Assembly (NCBI GenBank): GCA_012295275.1
Contig: CM022676.1
Location: forward strand, 6,448,001-6,512,000
DNA from: Chrysomallon squamiferum
Lineage: Eukaryota > Animalia > Mollusca
Reading direction: 5' to 3'
DNA length: 64,000 nucleotides
Both the position numbers and the translations under genes were made by a program. Shown here piece by piece: positions 14,877-30,115 of the stretch. Every line of letters begins with the position of its first letter. The first letter of the stretch is position 1. The notes beneath the pieces are model-generated. The model was not told the origin of the DNA and searched no databases. It saw only the letters and a list, made by a program, of their open reading frames with translations.

Positions 14877-16300
14877 CTATAAAGAATAATAATACATTCC
14901 GAGATATCCATTTCTACTACCGGAAGGGTTTAATGAACCAGAAGTAGGGGTGATGGTTGACAGAAGAATGCTACAGGTTTCGGAAATCCTTGGACTGATT
15001 AGTTTCTTGGATAGTGGTTGGAACAAAGCTAGGAGTGGTATTTAGGATTATTAGCAGATAAACTTAAGGAATATGGTAAATATGAAATGACAGATAAATA
15101 ATGCTTACAACCCTGAACTCTTTTATACCCAGAGAGCTGTACAATAAAAGAAATATTACACTGAAATCAATATTAACAAGAACACTGAATATATTATTAC
15201 CAGACATTTTCAGAATATTAATTAGTATACAGAATATAATATTACTATATATATGCAGAAAAAGGCAAATTAAAAAAAAAAAAAAATAAAAACATTTTTT
15301 ATATTTACAAAATAATGTGAAATAATACCTAAAATATGTTACTAAATACTTGCATAAAAAAGCCAAATATAAAAAGAAATTAAATTTTTTTATATGTATT
15401 AAAAGACATTCCTGTAAATAAACGTATTTTGATCTTTCATCATTATACAAAGCTTTAGTTTACCAAAATTTCCTCATGAGCTAGAGCTCACTAGATCAAA
15501 TCTCGAAGGTGCACCTATTGGTTTATTTATGCATTGCTGCAGCCAATTCCATTTAACTTGACTTATCAAAGACCCTGGTATTTGCTCTCTTATCCATAAG
15601 AAGATACAAATAAAGGAACTCTTGCTGGTATTTGTAAAATAGCTCAGTGTGTGGTATCTGGTTTCTTTTCTCATTTCTCAGGATGAAGAATCACAGGTTT
15701 CCAGTAAGGAATGAGAGTTTTACCTTTGAATTATCAATTGGCTCCATTTTCTTCTTCTTTTTTTTTTCTCTTTTGTTGATATTTTAGATTTATCAGGAAT
15801 AACTGTTCAGACTATTTTTCTTTCTTTCTTTCTTTCTGATTTATTTATTTATTTATGTTTGTTTGTTTGTTTGTGTTTGTTTGTTTGTTTGTTTAATATG
15901 ATTATTATGATTATTATTATTATTTTTCATGATCACCTAAACATATGCACTATGTGGAAACTGCAGTAGTTAACCACAAAATTTATTTTTATTTTTATTT
16001 TTATTTTTAAAAAGAAGAAATAATTAATTATGTAAAATATAAAGAAAGTAAAGGGACACGGAAAAAAAAGAAAAAAGAGAAGAAGAATATATTAATGTTT
16101 AACATAAAAATTTTATAGTCATTAAATAACAATAATAATAAACATTTTACACAAAAAGAACAAAATGCTTAATACTAATATAAGCTTTCCTTTTCCAAAA
16201 TATAAAGACAAAAAAAAAAAAGAAAAAAAAAAAAAGATTTAAAAAAACTACATAAAGAAGAAAATAATAATAATAAAAAAGATAAATATATAAAGGAAAC

Positions 16301-16331
<31 letters not shown>

Positions 16332-16580
16332 TGCCATTTTTAATCAAAAGGGTCCCAAGTATGAATGACTCATTTTTTTTTTTTCTTTTATCATAAATAA
16401 TTTAATACTCACCTTCATAACATTAATCCATACAGTTATTAAACAAAAATAACATTTAAAAAAAAAAACATTATCCAAAATATTAATTGCAGACACCTTC
16501 AAATTATAAAAACAGTCAATATGCAGCTCTTTTTTTTTTGTTTCTGTTCTTTTTTAACTACACCATCTGCAGTAACCTTG

Positions 16581-16594
16581 GTTGCTATGGTTAC
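16581..16594. promoter_or_regulatory. RFX X-box motif
   Basis: GTTGCTATGGTTAC (reverse complement GTAACCATAGCAAC) matches the consensus GTNRCC-AT-RGYAAC. Confidence 0.5.
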
Positions 16595-17319
16595 CTGTAG
16601 CTTAATAAAAAAAAAAGGAGAATCATTTTTGTTAAAATATTGATTTTCTTTTTTCTTTTAAAAATGTTACTAGTTTAATGGTTTTACCTGTTGTGTTCAC
16701 TCAAGCAGTTCAAAAAGGAATAATTACAATGTTTAATGTTTGTATCGTTTTGTTTTGCTTGGTTTGTTTTTCTTTTTCATAGTTTTTTATTTTTTTTTAT
16801 TTTTTTATTTGTGGGTAGAAAATAAATTATAAAAGTAACAAAAATCTGATTTTTAGATATATTTAAAAACAAACAATAAACAATAAAGTATTAAAAATAA
16901 TAAAATAAAAGTGATTTAAACGATAAACCAAATATAACTTAAAAAAAAAATAGGTACAATAATTAAATATAATAAGTAATATTAGAACAGTGGTAATAAA
17001 AATATTTATAATTTACAATTGTTGAAGTTAAATTACTTTCAGTTTTATTTAATAGTATTTATATTTTTCATTTTATTTATGTATTTTTGTTTTAATTGTT
17101 GAAACACAACTATAATTTGTTTTTGATAATGAAACTGAATTAAAATAATAATAATAATAATAATAAAAATTAATAATAATAGTAATAATAAAAAATAACA
17201 AAAACCCCAAAAAGAAGAAAAAAGGTAATCATAATCATAATAATAATAATAATTCATTTTTTTTTTAAAACCACTCTAACATTCACTTGTCAAAACAGAA
17301 CAAAACATTGTCATAAAGT

Positions 17320-17353
<34 letters not shown>

Positions 17354-17594
17354 GAAATTAAAAATCACACCATTTGATCAGAATCACAATAAACAATGAA
17401 TTTTGGTTCAATCAATAATGAAATGATGCCTTCATCTCAGAAAAATAATTATGTTTTTCCTCTTGGCTTCACTTATTTTATGTAAAAAGAACATTCTGGA
17501 GAGAAAGAAGTTTAAAAAAAAAAAAAAAAAAAAAAATAGATACAACAGGTGCTCAATACAATTATTCTTCTGGGAAAAGTATTGTTCTCATTCT

Positions 17595-17608
17595 GTTGCC
17601 ATAGCAAC
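17595..17608. promoter_or_regulatory. RFX X-box motif
   Basis: GTTGCCATAGCAAC, near-perfect palindromic X-box. Confidence 0.55.
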
Positions 17609-19680
17609 TGATGATCCTTTATTTTGTATTAATACAGAACAGTAACTGAGAAAACTGAACAGGTATCATTGATATCTCATATGACTCAGTTTGTCTACAT
17701 TTTTTTTTAATTATCATTATAATTACTAATATTGCCACTTGTTATATATTTATTATAATATCTAATTACTTTTATTATATTAAAATGATTAATATTTTAT
17801 ATTTATTATATTATTATTATTACATAATAGTTTTAATGATAATGATGATCACATAATAATCATCATTAAAATCATTAAAATTGCCATTATTTATTCATTA
17901 ATACTTACTTTTTTTTAATAATAATAATAATAATAATAATAATATCAACAATGATAGTTATAATTTAAAAAAAATAATTACTACTACTATTATTATTAGC
18001 ACGATGATTAAAACCTTTTATTAATATAATATGAGTGGCTGTTATGTGAAATATTAGAAGCAGTGACATTTGAAAATGGTGGCCCAGTTATTTTATCTAT
18101 ACTTGGTTCTGTAGATACCATCTTTTTAATTCATAAAAATTGTTGTATTACATAAAATTATATTTTGAGCCATATATGAAATATAATAACTTTTCCCCCC
18201 TCTTGTTTTAGTTTTCAGACAAGGGTTCCATATTTAAGATATCCAACCATATTACAAATAATATAATAATTTTTAAGACTTTCAAATCAAAGATAATTCT
18301 GGCCCCAAGTCTTCAAGATTGGAGATGATTAATTTATATTATTATTTTGTTTTCACTTGGTACAAGGTAAATAACACTTTCAAATATTGCATCTTCAACT
18401 CTATTTCTGATACTAAAAATACCTATAATAGTCCTTTAAAAAAAAAATAGAAATCAATATATCAATATCTGCTGAAGTAATATCATTCATTTTCAAGTGC
18501 AAAATTCTGAATAGACAATCTTCAGAAAAATATCAATTATCAATGAAATATCTGCAGTTTTGTGTTTATGCTGTTGCCTGAAGTCATTTGTATAGAAAGT
18601 AGTTTTTGATGGATAACCAATCGGTGCTCAGATAATTACAAAAGTGTCGTCCACACAACTAGATACCAATAAGCAATCAGTGGTATCTGTTTTTTGATGA
18701 GAATATAATGGAAATGGGAAAATGGGAAGTTCTGGTCAGTTTGTTCCTCTAAAAATAGCAAGAAAATGAAAAAAGAAGAAGAAACTGAAGAAAAAGTAGA
18801 CGATGAAGAAAATGAAAGAGATGGCAAAAAGTATTAACAAAATTTATTGAACATATTTAGTTAGTTTGACATGTTAAGAAAAACATTTATCACACTGTGT
18901 TTTAATAATTATTTCAGAATAGCCAGTGCTTGAAGTTCTGGTGAAATGAAAAAAAAAAAAAAATGTTAATAAAGAAATAAAAGATTTCAAAAATAAAAAC
19001 ATTAAAAAAATAATTTAAAAACATAGAGATTAAAAGTATTAGCTTAAAACAAAAAATAAAAGATGAAGAAGAAAAAAAATATTTTTTTTTTTTTTTTTTT
19101 TAAATTTGAAAGACAAAAAGTATTCCTACAATTTATTACTTTCATACTCAAATAAAAACCTCAGAAAAATTATCACAGAAGGTAACAAGATAAAATAATA
19201 AAACAAAAAATAAAATAAAAAAAAATAAAATAAAATAATAAAATGAAACAAAACAAAACAAAACAACTTTCCCTTTCAAAACCTTTTAAAATCATTGATA
19301 ACTTTTAGCAATTCTTGATAATCAAAATTCCTGCCTCTATTCTACTAAAATGAAATGATAATTATAACACTAAAAAAAAAAACTTTTTTCCCGTCCAGAG
19401 AAATTCAGACATTTATTTATGACTTTAGTTTGACAGATGTTAACAGTTTTATCAGTGTTTTAAGAATATTTTTTAAAAACAAAACATAAATAAAAATAAC
19501 AGTACAAGTAATCTGTTTAACACTAACACAGAACTATGTGTCCATGTTTATAAATCACCTCCAGCAACTGAATCAGCCAAAGGTCATAGAAACGTCAGTT
19601 AAATTATGATTCATGGAATTTATCGTTTGAAAATACTCTTGTTTTAACGAACACACCCTCACACAGACATAAATATCTGC

Positions 19681-19712
<32 letters not shown>

Positions 19713-20354
19713 TGTAAGTACATACGTACATTAACCATTCTACAAAATTTCTCATCATAGTAATTACTAATGTTTTACCAACTATTTCTTATTGAAAAAT
19801 ATTATTGTTGTGACACACACACACACATATACACACACTGATTAAATCTCACATCAAGAAATAGTACACACATACACATACATATACAGAAATAATCAGT
19901 TATGATTTTACAAATATTTGTCTTACCAAAAGCATTAATATTTAAACATGTACATAATAAGCATTTCATAACCCATTAAATGAAGATTCTAAAAAAAAAT
20001 AGTTAAAAGAAAATTAATATATTTTATATAACCATATTATACAAGCATTTTGTAACCATATCAATCAATCACACTTTTAACAGTTCATTAAATCAAGATT
20101 TGTTTTAAAAAAAAATACCAAAGTGTTTACAATATTATAATAAGCATGTCGTAACCATGTCGACCAATCCTCATGGCAACAGGTCAAACAGAAGTTTTAA
20201 AATGATAGAATGCAGATTACTGTGTCAGAGGAAAGGTCACATGAGGTCAGGTATCAGAGAGAGATACTGGCTGGTGGCATTTTGTAAATAAATACATGTT
20301 TTTTCACCTGCGAGCCATGTGAAGTGGGAACAGTTTTTGTCAAAATCAAAAATG

Positions 20355-20385
<31 letters not shown>

Positions 20386-20528
20386 AGAAGAAGAAAACAG
20401 ATAAAAGAAAGGTTCATGTTATTTTTTTCAAAGAACTTAAAAAAAAAATCAGTCAGTCCTGGTACAGATTAAAAATATATGAACTAATACTTAAATGATG
20501 TTATCGAAAAAAAAAAAAAAAAAAATAA

Positions 20529-20567
<39 letters not shown>

Positions 20568-21137
20568 ATTAATTAAATAAATAAATAAAAAAAAAAAAAA
20601 AAAAAAATTTAATATAAATAATTAAATAAATCAATCAATCATGCATACATACATATGCAGATATAAACACATACATAAACACACACACACTTAAGAATTT
20701 AATTATTCAGTCCTTTCAGTGTTTTGTATTAAAAATTCATCTGTTTTTCACTTTCTGCTATTGATCTGAAAGCACAACATGCTAAATACAACTAAATGAA
20801 TAAATCATTTCACAAAATTAATATTTAAAGCTATAGAGACCAATGAAGTACTATTATAAATAAATAATCACAATGTATTAAAAAAAAAAACACAAGCCCC
20901 ACCCAAGAAACAGTGATAATGGCTTATTTATGTTTCTGTTGTAAATAAGCATGACTAAATAAATAACAAATAATTAATAGTCATTTAATTATTTTTTAAT
21001 TACAGCTAATAAATAAATGAAGTGACAAACATGAAGTGAAGAAGTTGGGTTTTTTTTATAACAAGGATAAATAATCAAACAAATAAACAAATAAATAATG
21101 TAAAATTCACAGCATTCCCACTTATTTTCACTAATAA

Positions 21138-21175
<38 letters not shown>

Positions 21176-24100
21176 GTAAAATTCACTGAGTTTCCAGTTA
21201 ATTTACTTTCACTTATAATAAACAAAAATAAATAAATAAATAAATAAATGAATATATAAATAAATAAATAAATAAATAATGTAAAATTCACCAAGATCAC
21301 AGTTATTATTGCTCATAAATAACGATCATAATAAATTAATAACCAACGCATCATTTATGAAGATCAAGTCATTTTTACTTACAATAAACAAGAATAAATC
21401 AATAAATATATAAATAATGCAGAATTAACCACATTCACACACAAATTATTTTTTTATATATATATATACATAAGAAAGTAAAAATCAAATAACACAGCAC
21501 ACATCAAGTATACACAAAACGTTACTCCTACTCGAACAAAGTTCAGTCACCCTGTTTGTCAAAACAACATCGTAAGAACTCTGTGGCATTGTTGTCGAGG
21601 TGAATAGGAAACAACTAACTTTTTATCACTTCTGCAGGCAGGAACGAAGAAGATCAGCAGAGGAACATGTTTTCTAGAAACACTCCGCTTGTGAAAACAT
21701 GACTTGGATAACGGTAAAAACAGACATGTTTGTGAAAGAAGCAGAAAATGTGACACAAAACATTAAGAAGAAGAAGTAAAAAAAAAACACTTCTGGTTAT
21801 GCACTTGCCCGATTAAAGACGATAATAATGATAATAATAATGATAATAATAATGATAATAATAATAATAATAATAACAACAAAACTAGCTAATTACAAAA
21901 ATAATAATTATATAAATAAATAAATAAATAATGCAACTGTCACCAAGTTTACACCCAAGTTAGTTTTACTTATAATAAACAAGAATAAATAAATAAATAA
22001 ATAATTAAATAATAACACTAATTAAAATAGTTGTAACAATAAAAAAATAAATAACATTAAAATAGCAGAACCAACAATAACAGAAGTAGTAGCTTTAATA
22101 ATCAGAAAGGTGATGGGAGATGTTCTGTAGAAATAATTTCAATACTAACTAGTAGTATTAGTGGTAGTTGTGACGGAAGTAATTACTGTACTAACAGTTT
22201 TAGTAAAAATAACATTTTTGAATTATGCAGAACAGTGGTAGATGTGGTGGTATAACAGTAGTAGTAGTAGTAGTAGTAGTAGTTACAGCAATATCAACAG
22301 CAGCAGTCATTTTTAGGAATATAAAAAATCTTTTTTTATATATAATTTCTGTAAGTGAGTACATATAATTTAAAAGAATTTTACCTATAAAAAATAGATG
22401 CAGTGGCAATAGAAACAGTAGTAGCGGTAGTGGTGGTAGCAGCAGCAGCAGAAGTAGTGGTAGTATTAATAGTTGTGGTCACAGTAGTTGTAGTAATAAT
22501 AATAATAGTAGCAGTAGTAGTAACAGCTGTAAGAAATAAATGAAAAAATAAGCAAATACACCTTCACCAAGGATGAATAGTAATATCCATCATTCTGCAG
22601 ACTGAACTCTTTCATTAAACTACTTCAGAAACGTCACAGAACCTCTTCTTTTTAAAAAGGATGTATGGTATGTTTTTTTTCTCTTTTTTCTTTTTTTTCT
22701 GCCAGTTTAGATAAAAACTGAACCTGTCCCTTGGGGAGGGTCTCACTGCTTCACCTGGCAAGGCAGGTGTATCAGCTTTCAATTAAACAAATGACAGAGT
22801 TCTGATAGCAAGTAACACCTGTATCTTCCTTTTCCTGTCTCTGTTCAGCATCTTTTTTTTTTTTTTTTTTTGCTAACCAGCGTAATTTCTGAAACAACTT
22901 TTTCTATTGTTTTAACAGACAGATGAAGTGTGCTGATGCATTTGTTAAATTTCAGAAATGAACAATAATCAAATAAAGCACACATATACATATATGCATG
23001 AAAACACACACACACACACAAATATCAATGAAGAATAACCAGAAGTAAATGATTTATTTTAAAATATTTCTGTGTAAATGAGATACACAAAACCTGAAAT
23101 TTACTATAAACTTTAATGGTTATTAGATATACTTCATATAGCCAGTTTGTTGGTATATATATATATATTTTAAAACCAAAATACAAATATATATTAACCA
23201 ACAATTTTTTTATCCAACTAATATTTTAATATGTATGTATGTATGTATTTGTCTATCCAACTAATATTTTAATACATGCGTATATGTATGCATTTACATA
23301 TATGTATATGTATTTCTATTCTTAGACTCCATAATATATAATAATTGATTTTTCCTTTCCTAACAGGATCTATACATGAAAAGAATTAAGATGCAAATAA
23401 CGTTTTAAAGTGCCTGTCATTTCAGTTAACTCATTTCATCTCAAGTCTGTTTATCTCACCATCTTGAAAAACTCTTCATTTGACGATATTGCACAAGTGA
23501 AGTACTTTGAAAACATGGACAGAGTTTTCAACTCATCTCAGTGTTCTTTTTATGGTCCGAGAAATTCATAAATCTATTTCACATTTATTTCATTTTACCT
23601 TTTTTCTTTTTAAATTGATGTAGGAACCCCAAAAAAGGAACTACCATAGTTGATGTGAATGTGATAAATTGAAATTTTTTTTTTTTATATTACTTACACA
23701 CACACACACACACACACACAGTTATAATCTTCATCACTGGCATTTTACAAAAAACAGCCAGTCTTAACATTTTTCTGTTCCTTTGCTCACATTTTTTTCT
23801 TCTTTTTTGCCATAGTGATTAAAAACTAAAATGAAAAAAAAACAAAAAACAACACAAAACCCCCCCCACAGATATAATACATATATATACATATAAGTTT
23901 CTTCCTGTCTCTCTCTCTCACACACAAAGATAAATATGCACACACCAACATACATAAAACAAAAATAAAAATACCAGTAATAAAAATATTAAATTCATGT
24001 CAAATGCATACATACACCTCCTGCATTACAGGTTATGTCAGAAATTGTATATCTGTCACATGTACATGTTCCTGCAGCAAGTCAGGTAGATAAAAATATT

Positions 24101-24541
24101 TCAGAAATGTAATTAAAATTACATAAATTTCTTATTTATCTGAAAGACAAGCCATAAATGTCAGTCTGAATAATCAAAATATGATGTGGTACACGTTTGA
24201 AAGAACAAAAATAAAAAATAAAATAAAAAAATATATATGTTTACTTGGACACATATGCACACACCATGCAATTTTCTGTGTCAAAAAACATTACAACATA
24301 ATACATATCGGTAATTGAATTATTCTAACTGCATTACTCCGAGTGCAAACTCAAATAAGTTTGAAGTGTACCTGTGGTGATAATAATGAAAAAAACATGG
24401 ATGCAGTTGTCTATCTTTGTTTCTTTTCTTTCTGTTTTTTGTTAGCTTCTAAAATATTATAGAAAAGAGAGACAGAGAGACTGAGAAGAAGAGGTGTCAG
24501 TAGATCGTGAGAGAGAGAGAGAGATATAAAGAGAGAGATAT

Positions 24542-24573
<32 letters not shown>

Positions 24574-25227
24574 GGAGAGAGACCAGCAGAAAAGAAACTA
24601 GTTTACATAAAAAAAAAATAATAAAGCCTTTACTTTGACAACTCTCTCACACCCTTTAAAATTTATTTTTCTGTTTAAATCCTGAAAAGATTTTATTATA
24701 CTGCAGTTGTATTCATGATGTAATGTGATAGTTATTTTATTTACAAGTTAAATACAGCTGTAAATTTTAAGAGTAAAAAAAAGTATTTTTAAAATGTAAC
24801 CGATACATAGTAAGAATTTTAATAAAAAATAAAAAAGTAAGGGTTCAGTTGCTTTTTTTTTTTAAATTTCTTTCTTGCTTTTTTGATTTAGTAACAGTTT
24901 CATATTTCTTATGTGAATTACAAATTAATACTGCTATAAATCTGAAGTCTAAAAAAAAAAAAAATCTTTTCAAAAGGTTTTAAGAAATGTAAGAATTGAG
25001 AAGTAGATTTTTTTTTTTTTGGTTGTTTACCATCACAGAAGGATTTACTATATCAACAGTAACTGTTTCATACTTTTTGTAAGTTAAATACAGCCACAAC
25101 TATTAACTCTTAAAAAAACCCGGTGTATTTTCAAAATGTAACTGGTATGTTTTTAATAAATACAAGAATTAAGAAGTGTTTTTGTCTTCATGTTAGCTAC
25201 AACAGATGAATTAACTGTATTTGTAGT

Positions 25228-25635
25228 CAGTGCTGGATGGATTTATTGTGCTAGTCACCCATAGGCTAGAGAAATTTTACCACCCCTCTTCAATTCCACT
25301 TCACCCTTCCCACTTTGATTATTATATAATATGAAATATATGATTTTTTTAATAACTTTTGGAAAAGAGCACAAATTCTTACTGAAAAAGTGCACACCTC
25401 AAAAAAATATCAGTATTTTTACAAAGTTTCTGTCCAATAGGTATTTATTCTTAGTCATAATAATTTAATTGAATCAGGTCAAAAGAGCCCAAATTTTAAC
25501 AAAGTGTACAACTCGATAATTTAGCGCACAATCTCCTAAAAAAAGTGCATGAAAGGCACACATTGGCAACATTGGTCAGTAACAATTTTCATAAACTGCT
25601 ACCCCTAGAAAGCCTATATGGGAAATCCTGCCTAG
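25228..25635. mobile_element. hAT-like MITE with 8-bp TSD
   Basis: Flanks TTTGTAGT / ATTGTAGT (7/8); starts with CAG; subterminal blocks (cataggctagagaaattttaccacccctc; aaagcctatatgggaaatcctgcc) are shared with 54514-54787. Confidence 0.6.
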
Positions 25636-26787
25636 ATTGTAGTAGCGTATTTATACAGCCATAAATATGATGTTTTAACAAATATTCGAAATATGTAAGA
25701 AAATAAATTTTTTAAATACACAATACCATTTGATTTTTTTTGTAATTATTTTTTTTTTTTTTAAACTTTTACTAATGATATTAGTAAAATGATGTTATGT
25801 TAAAAAAATATATATATATCTATAATAATAATAAAAAAATAAATACAAAAAAAAAGAGTGAAAATAAGAGAAATGAGCAAGAAATTGCTATTTTATGGAA
25901 ACAGGCGCCAATGTGACAACAGAAAGAAAATGAAATTATTTTACAACCGGCAAATACTTGACAAGCAGCCAGAGAAACTCAGTGAACCAAACTAATGGAA
26001 ATATTTTATGAATATTTTTTTTTTTTAGCTGTTTAAATATTATATATATATCTGATATATATATATCATCTGATATATATATATAATGTCTTATCTAATA
26101 TATATATAATATATATCAGATATGTCTTCATACATTGGTCACAGTAACTGTGAAATAACAATTAGGGAGTAACAGAATTTATTAAAAAACATATCTGGAA
26201 ATATGTTTTAATTTTTTTTTTTTTTATAAATAAATCAATAAATAAATAAATAAACAAATAAATAAATATTTTAACAGATTTTATTTTTTGGATTTGTTTT
26301 TTTGGATTTGGTTTTTTTTCAATTATTATTGAAAAATAAATATAAAACTATTACTATTTATTTATTATTTATTTAATACTACTGCCGAATTAGTTATTTT
26401 TAGTCACTTTTGTTTATTTATGTAAACAATAAAAACAACACCAACAAATAAATAATTACTTAATTTTAGACAAATCTTGGTTAGGTTATAATTTTTTTTA
26501 AATAAATTAAAAAAATCTGCTGATATGAGTTTTCACACATTTAACATTCATATTAAAGTTTCATGCTTCATTTGTTAGAATGGGATACAGCCACCACATA
26601 TTAAAAAAAAATCAATAGGAAAAAAAAATAAAAAAAACACAGAATCATGATAAATGTGAAACAACTGACATGATCAATGCTCAATTTATTCTTTCATGTA
26701 TGAAAATGTAAAACATTACCAGTTCATCTGTGGTTAATGCAAATTGATGATTCCAAGCTTGAGCCAATAAATCCAAAATAATGGGGG

Positions 26788-26836
<49 letters not shown>

Positions 26837-29054
26837 GGAGATAATGAGAAAAACGAGAATGTAAGAAAGACAGAAATGAAAAAGAAAAAAGGACATGAAA
26901 CCATAAGACAGAAAAAAAGTAGGTGAAAACTGGCAGAAAGGAAGGAAGAAAAAAGAAATATAAAGAAAAACAGTATCAGAGTGACAAAAATCAATCAAAA
27001 ATAACAAATTGAGTTTCTATTTTTAGCATGCACAAAATGTATTATCTTCCAGTCTGATTTTCCATTACCATGGTAATGAAAGTATCATGGAGGTGGTTTA
27101 CATCTTAATACAAAGACAGAACCACATTTCTCCTTGTCACTTATTTTATAAAATGTAGGTGAATGACCAAAATGTAGGTTAATCCGCAGAAAAATATGAA
27201 ATGACAGATCAACCCTTAAGTTATTACTGTATCATTATAAAACATTTTATATCACTTTGATTTACACATTGTCTTATATAATGTTCTTTTATTTCTAACA
27301 GTATTTTTTACAATTACTCCATAATAAGAAAACCATATCATTATAAAAAGGTTTATCTTATTTTTCTTACTGTTTTTATAATTATTGCATAATAATAAAA
27401 CCAAATCATTATAAAAATTATTTTATCTTGAAAGTTACAATGTAATAAAAAAAAACATTAGTTCAGAAATGTCTGAATGTTCTGTTTTCCTAACTAAATA
27501 AAAAAAATATAAAAGAAAAGAAAAAAACCCATTTCCTAACTAAATAACAATAATAACTTAAAACATAATAATAAAAAAATTAAATATTGCTGGGGAAACA
27601 TTAGTCCCAGAAATGAAATGAATAAGTAAATAATTAAATAAATTAACAAATATTGCTGTTGAAAAATAAGTAACCAGAAATGTGTTAATTTTTTTACTAA
27701 AAAAAAAAATAAAATAAATAATAATAATAATAATAATTTAAAATAAAATAAAATAAATACTACTGTTGAAAAATTAGTACCAGAAATCTGTTAATATTCA
27801 AATTTCCTACATAAATAAATAAAAATAAAAATAAAAAAACTGCTGGAAAAATATGTTAATTTTCTAATTTCACCCTGCTTGGCAACATCGTAATCAACTG
27901 TGACTGCTACATCACTGACGTCGACTACATCATAAACATATTTACAGCAGGATAGCATCGTTAAAGAAATACATGTTCACGTAATTAAATGAATGCTAAT
28001 TACTTTTACAAAATTCTACCAAGCCTTCATGGAAAATTCCAACACTTCAGGTATCCACTGAATAATCATAAAAGTACATGCAGAAATTATTTTAGTTTAA
28101 GGTGTGTGAAGACAGGTTAATAATAGTACTTGTGTGTTAGAAAATGGAGAAGAAGTTAGGCTGGGTTGGGATAATTTTATGTGGGTGGGGAATGCGTGGG
28201 TGTGGGTGTATTTATGTGTGTGTGTGTGTTTATATGTATCTGTGATTGTGTGTGTGTGTGTGTGTGTTTGAGTGAGTATAAGTATATGGATATTTATGAA
28301 TGCTTTAATGTGTGTATTTATGTGTGCTTGTGTGCATATATTTCTCTGTATGGGTGCGTGCACTGTGTGGTTGAGTTTCAGTGTTATATGAATATTTCTG
28401 TGTATATGTTACTACACATACATATATTTATATATATATATAAAGGGATATATGTAATTCAGAATGAAATTAGACATTGAATATATGCAAGTATATTCAT
28501 GAAATTTATTTTTAAAATGCAATAAAAATTCTAAAATTTAATAAATAATTCAAGTGAAAATTTATTATTATTATTCAAATTATAAGTATGATCTTCAAAA
28601 ATAAATAAACAAATAAACAAATTAATAAATTACTATGTTTTTAATTAATAACTGTTTCAGCCACATTAATCAGTTATAAATATGTTTTAAATACTTGTTT
28701 GTAACTTTTTTAGAAATACACATTTTCACATACACATATCCATCCATATCTGATAAAAGTAACATACAAGAAAGGGAGACTACTGCATTTTAAGTAGATA
28801 CTAAGTAATTACAATTGTTTCCCTTGGCATTTCTCAAAAGGCTGATCCATAGCAGTGTGTGAATGAAAAATGATCACCAATCTAATAACATAGATTACAG
28901 ATAAAGTGATGTTCAGCAGAAAATATTAAATTTAATAAATTAATATTCTTTGTAAATATACCTGTATCAATCATTTATTCAAACATACTGGTCAAGTACA
29001 GTTTGTCATTAAATTGGAAAAATAAAGTCAGATTTCAAATCTCTTTATCTTTCA

Positions 29055-29132
<78 letters not shown>

Positions 29133-29640
29133 GCCCACATACACATAAAATTAATATACCCATATACTGTACGTACAGACACACAAACAAAACAAGCACA
29201 AATGATCAAATGCTACTTGCTACTAAATAATGCAAGAAAACATAAAAATAAGGTTGAAAATCTTTTGTTCTCCTTTCCTGACATTGTTCTTTCTGTCTCT
29301 CTTGCCCATCTTTACATACATTGTACTCATGCACAGCACACACACACACACACACACACAAAGAACACATTACAAACCCAGACAGGAATGCATACATCAC
29401 TAACAAAAGTTCATATATCACTGAAATGTAAGTTAATTATCTATTAAAAGTTATTTATTAATCAGAAACATAAATTTCAAATCCTTCCATTTCCCTGAAA
29501 AAATATTAAAAACACAATTTCCATGTGACAAAAATAAAAATGTGAATATTTGAGGATTCTAACAAGTCCTTTTGATACAGAGATTGGCAGGGGGAAAAAA
29601 AAATAATAGTAATTTAAAAACAATAATAAATAAATAAGCA

Positions 29641-29743
<103 letters not shown>

Positions 29744-29962
29744 TAATAATTTTTAAATAAAATAAAATAAATAAAATGTAATAAAAAAGAAGTCATTATA
29801 ATGTCTTAAAATCACTCAGTTGGACCAACAGTGAGCATCACTGTTTGTTCTGATATTTTAATCTTGATAACACATTTTCATAAATAAAAACATTTTAAAA
29901 ATAAAAATGTTAAACTGAACTTGAAAGAAATTCACAATCCAAAACAAAAAATATCTTCTTAC

Positions 29963-30050
29963 CTGTGATGATAAGGCATATTAAAATCACCCAGTAATCA
30001 TATTAAATTAATCTTCATACTGCAGGAATTTTCATTTCATGAAAGATAGT
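29963..30050 (-). other. Candidate internal (mostly 5'UTR) exon of the minus-strand gene
   Basis: Minus strand: (T)n-cag|ACTATC...CATCACAG|gtaaga, strong acceptor and donor 88 nt apart. No frame is open across it; the last ATG (29979) gives MPYHH+AG (phase 2). Confidence 0.5.
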
Positions 30051-30067
30051 CTGAAAAAAAAAAAAAA

Positions 30068-30115
<48 letters not shown>

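Noticed and set aside
22565-22593. Minus-strand MMDITIHPW resembling an alpha-crystallin N-terminus
   Set aside because: Followed immediately by TGA and no crystallin domain nearby; coincidence.
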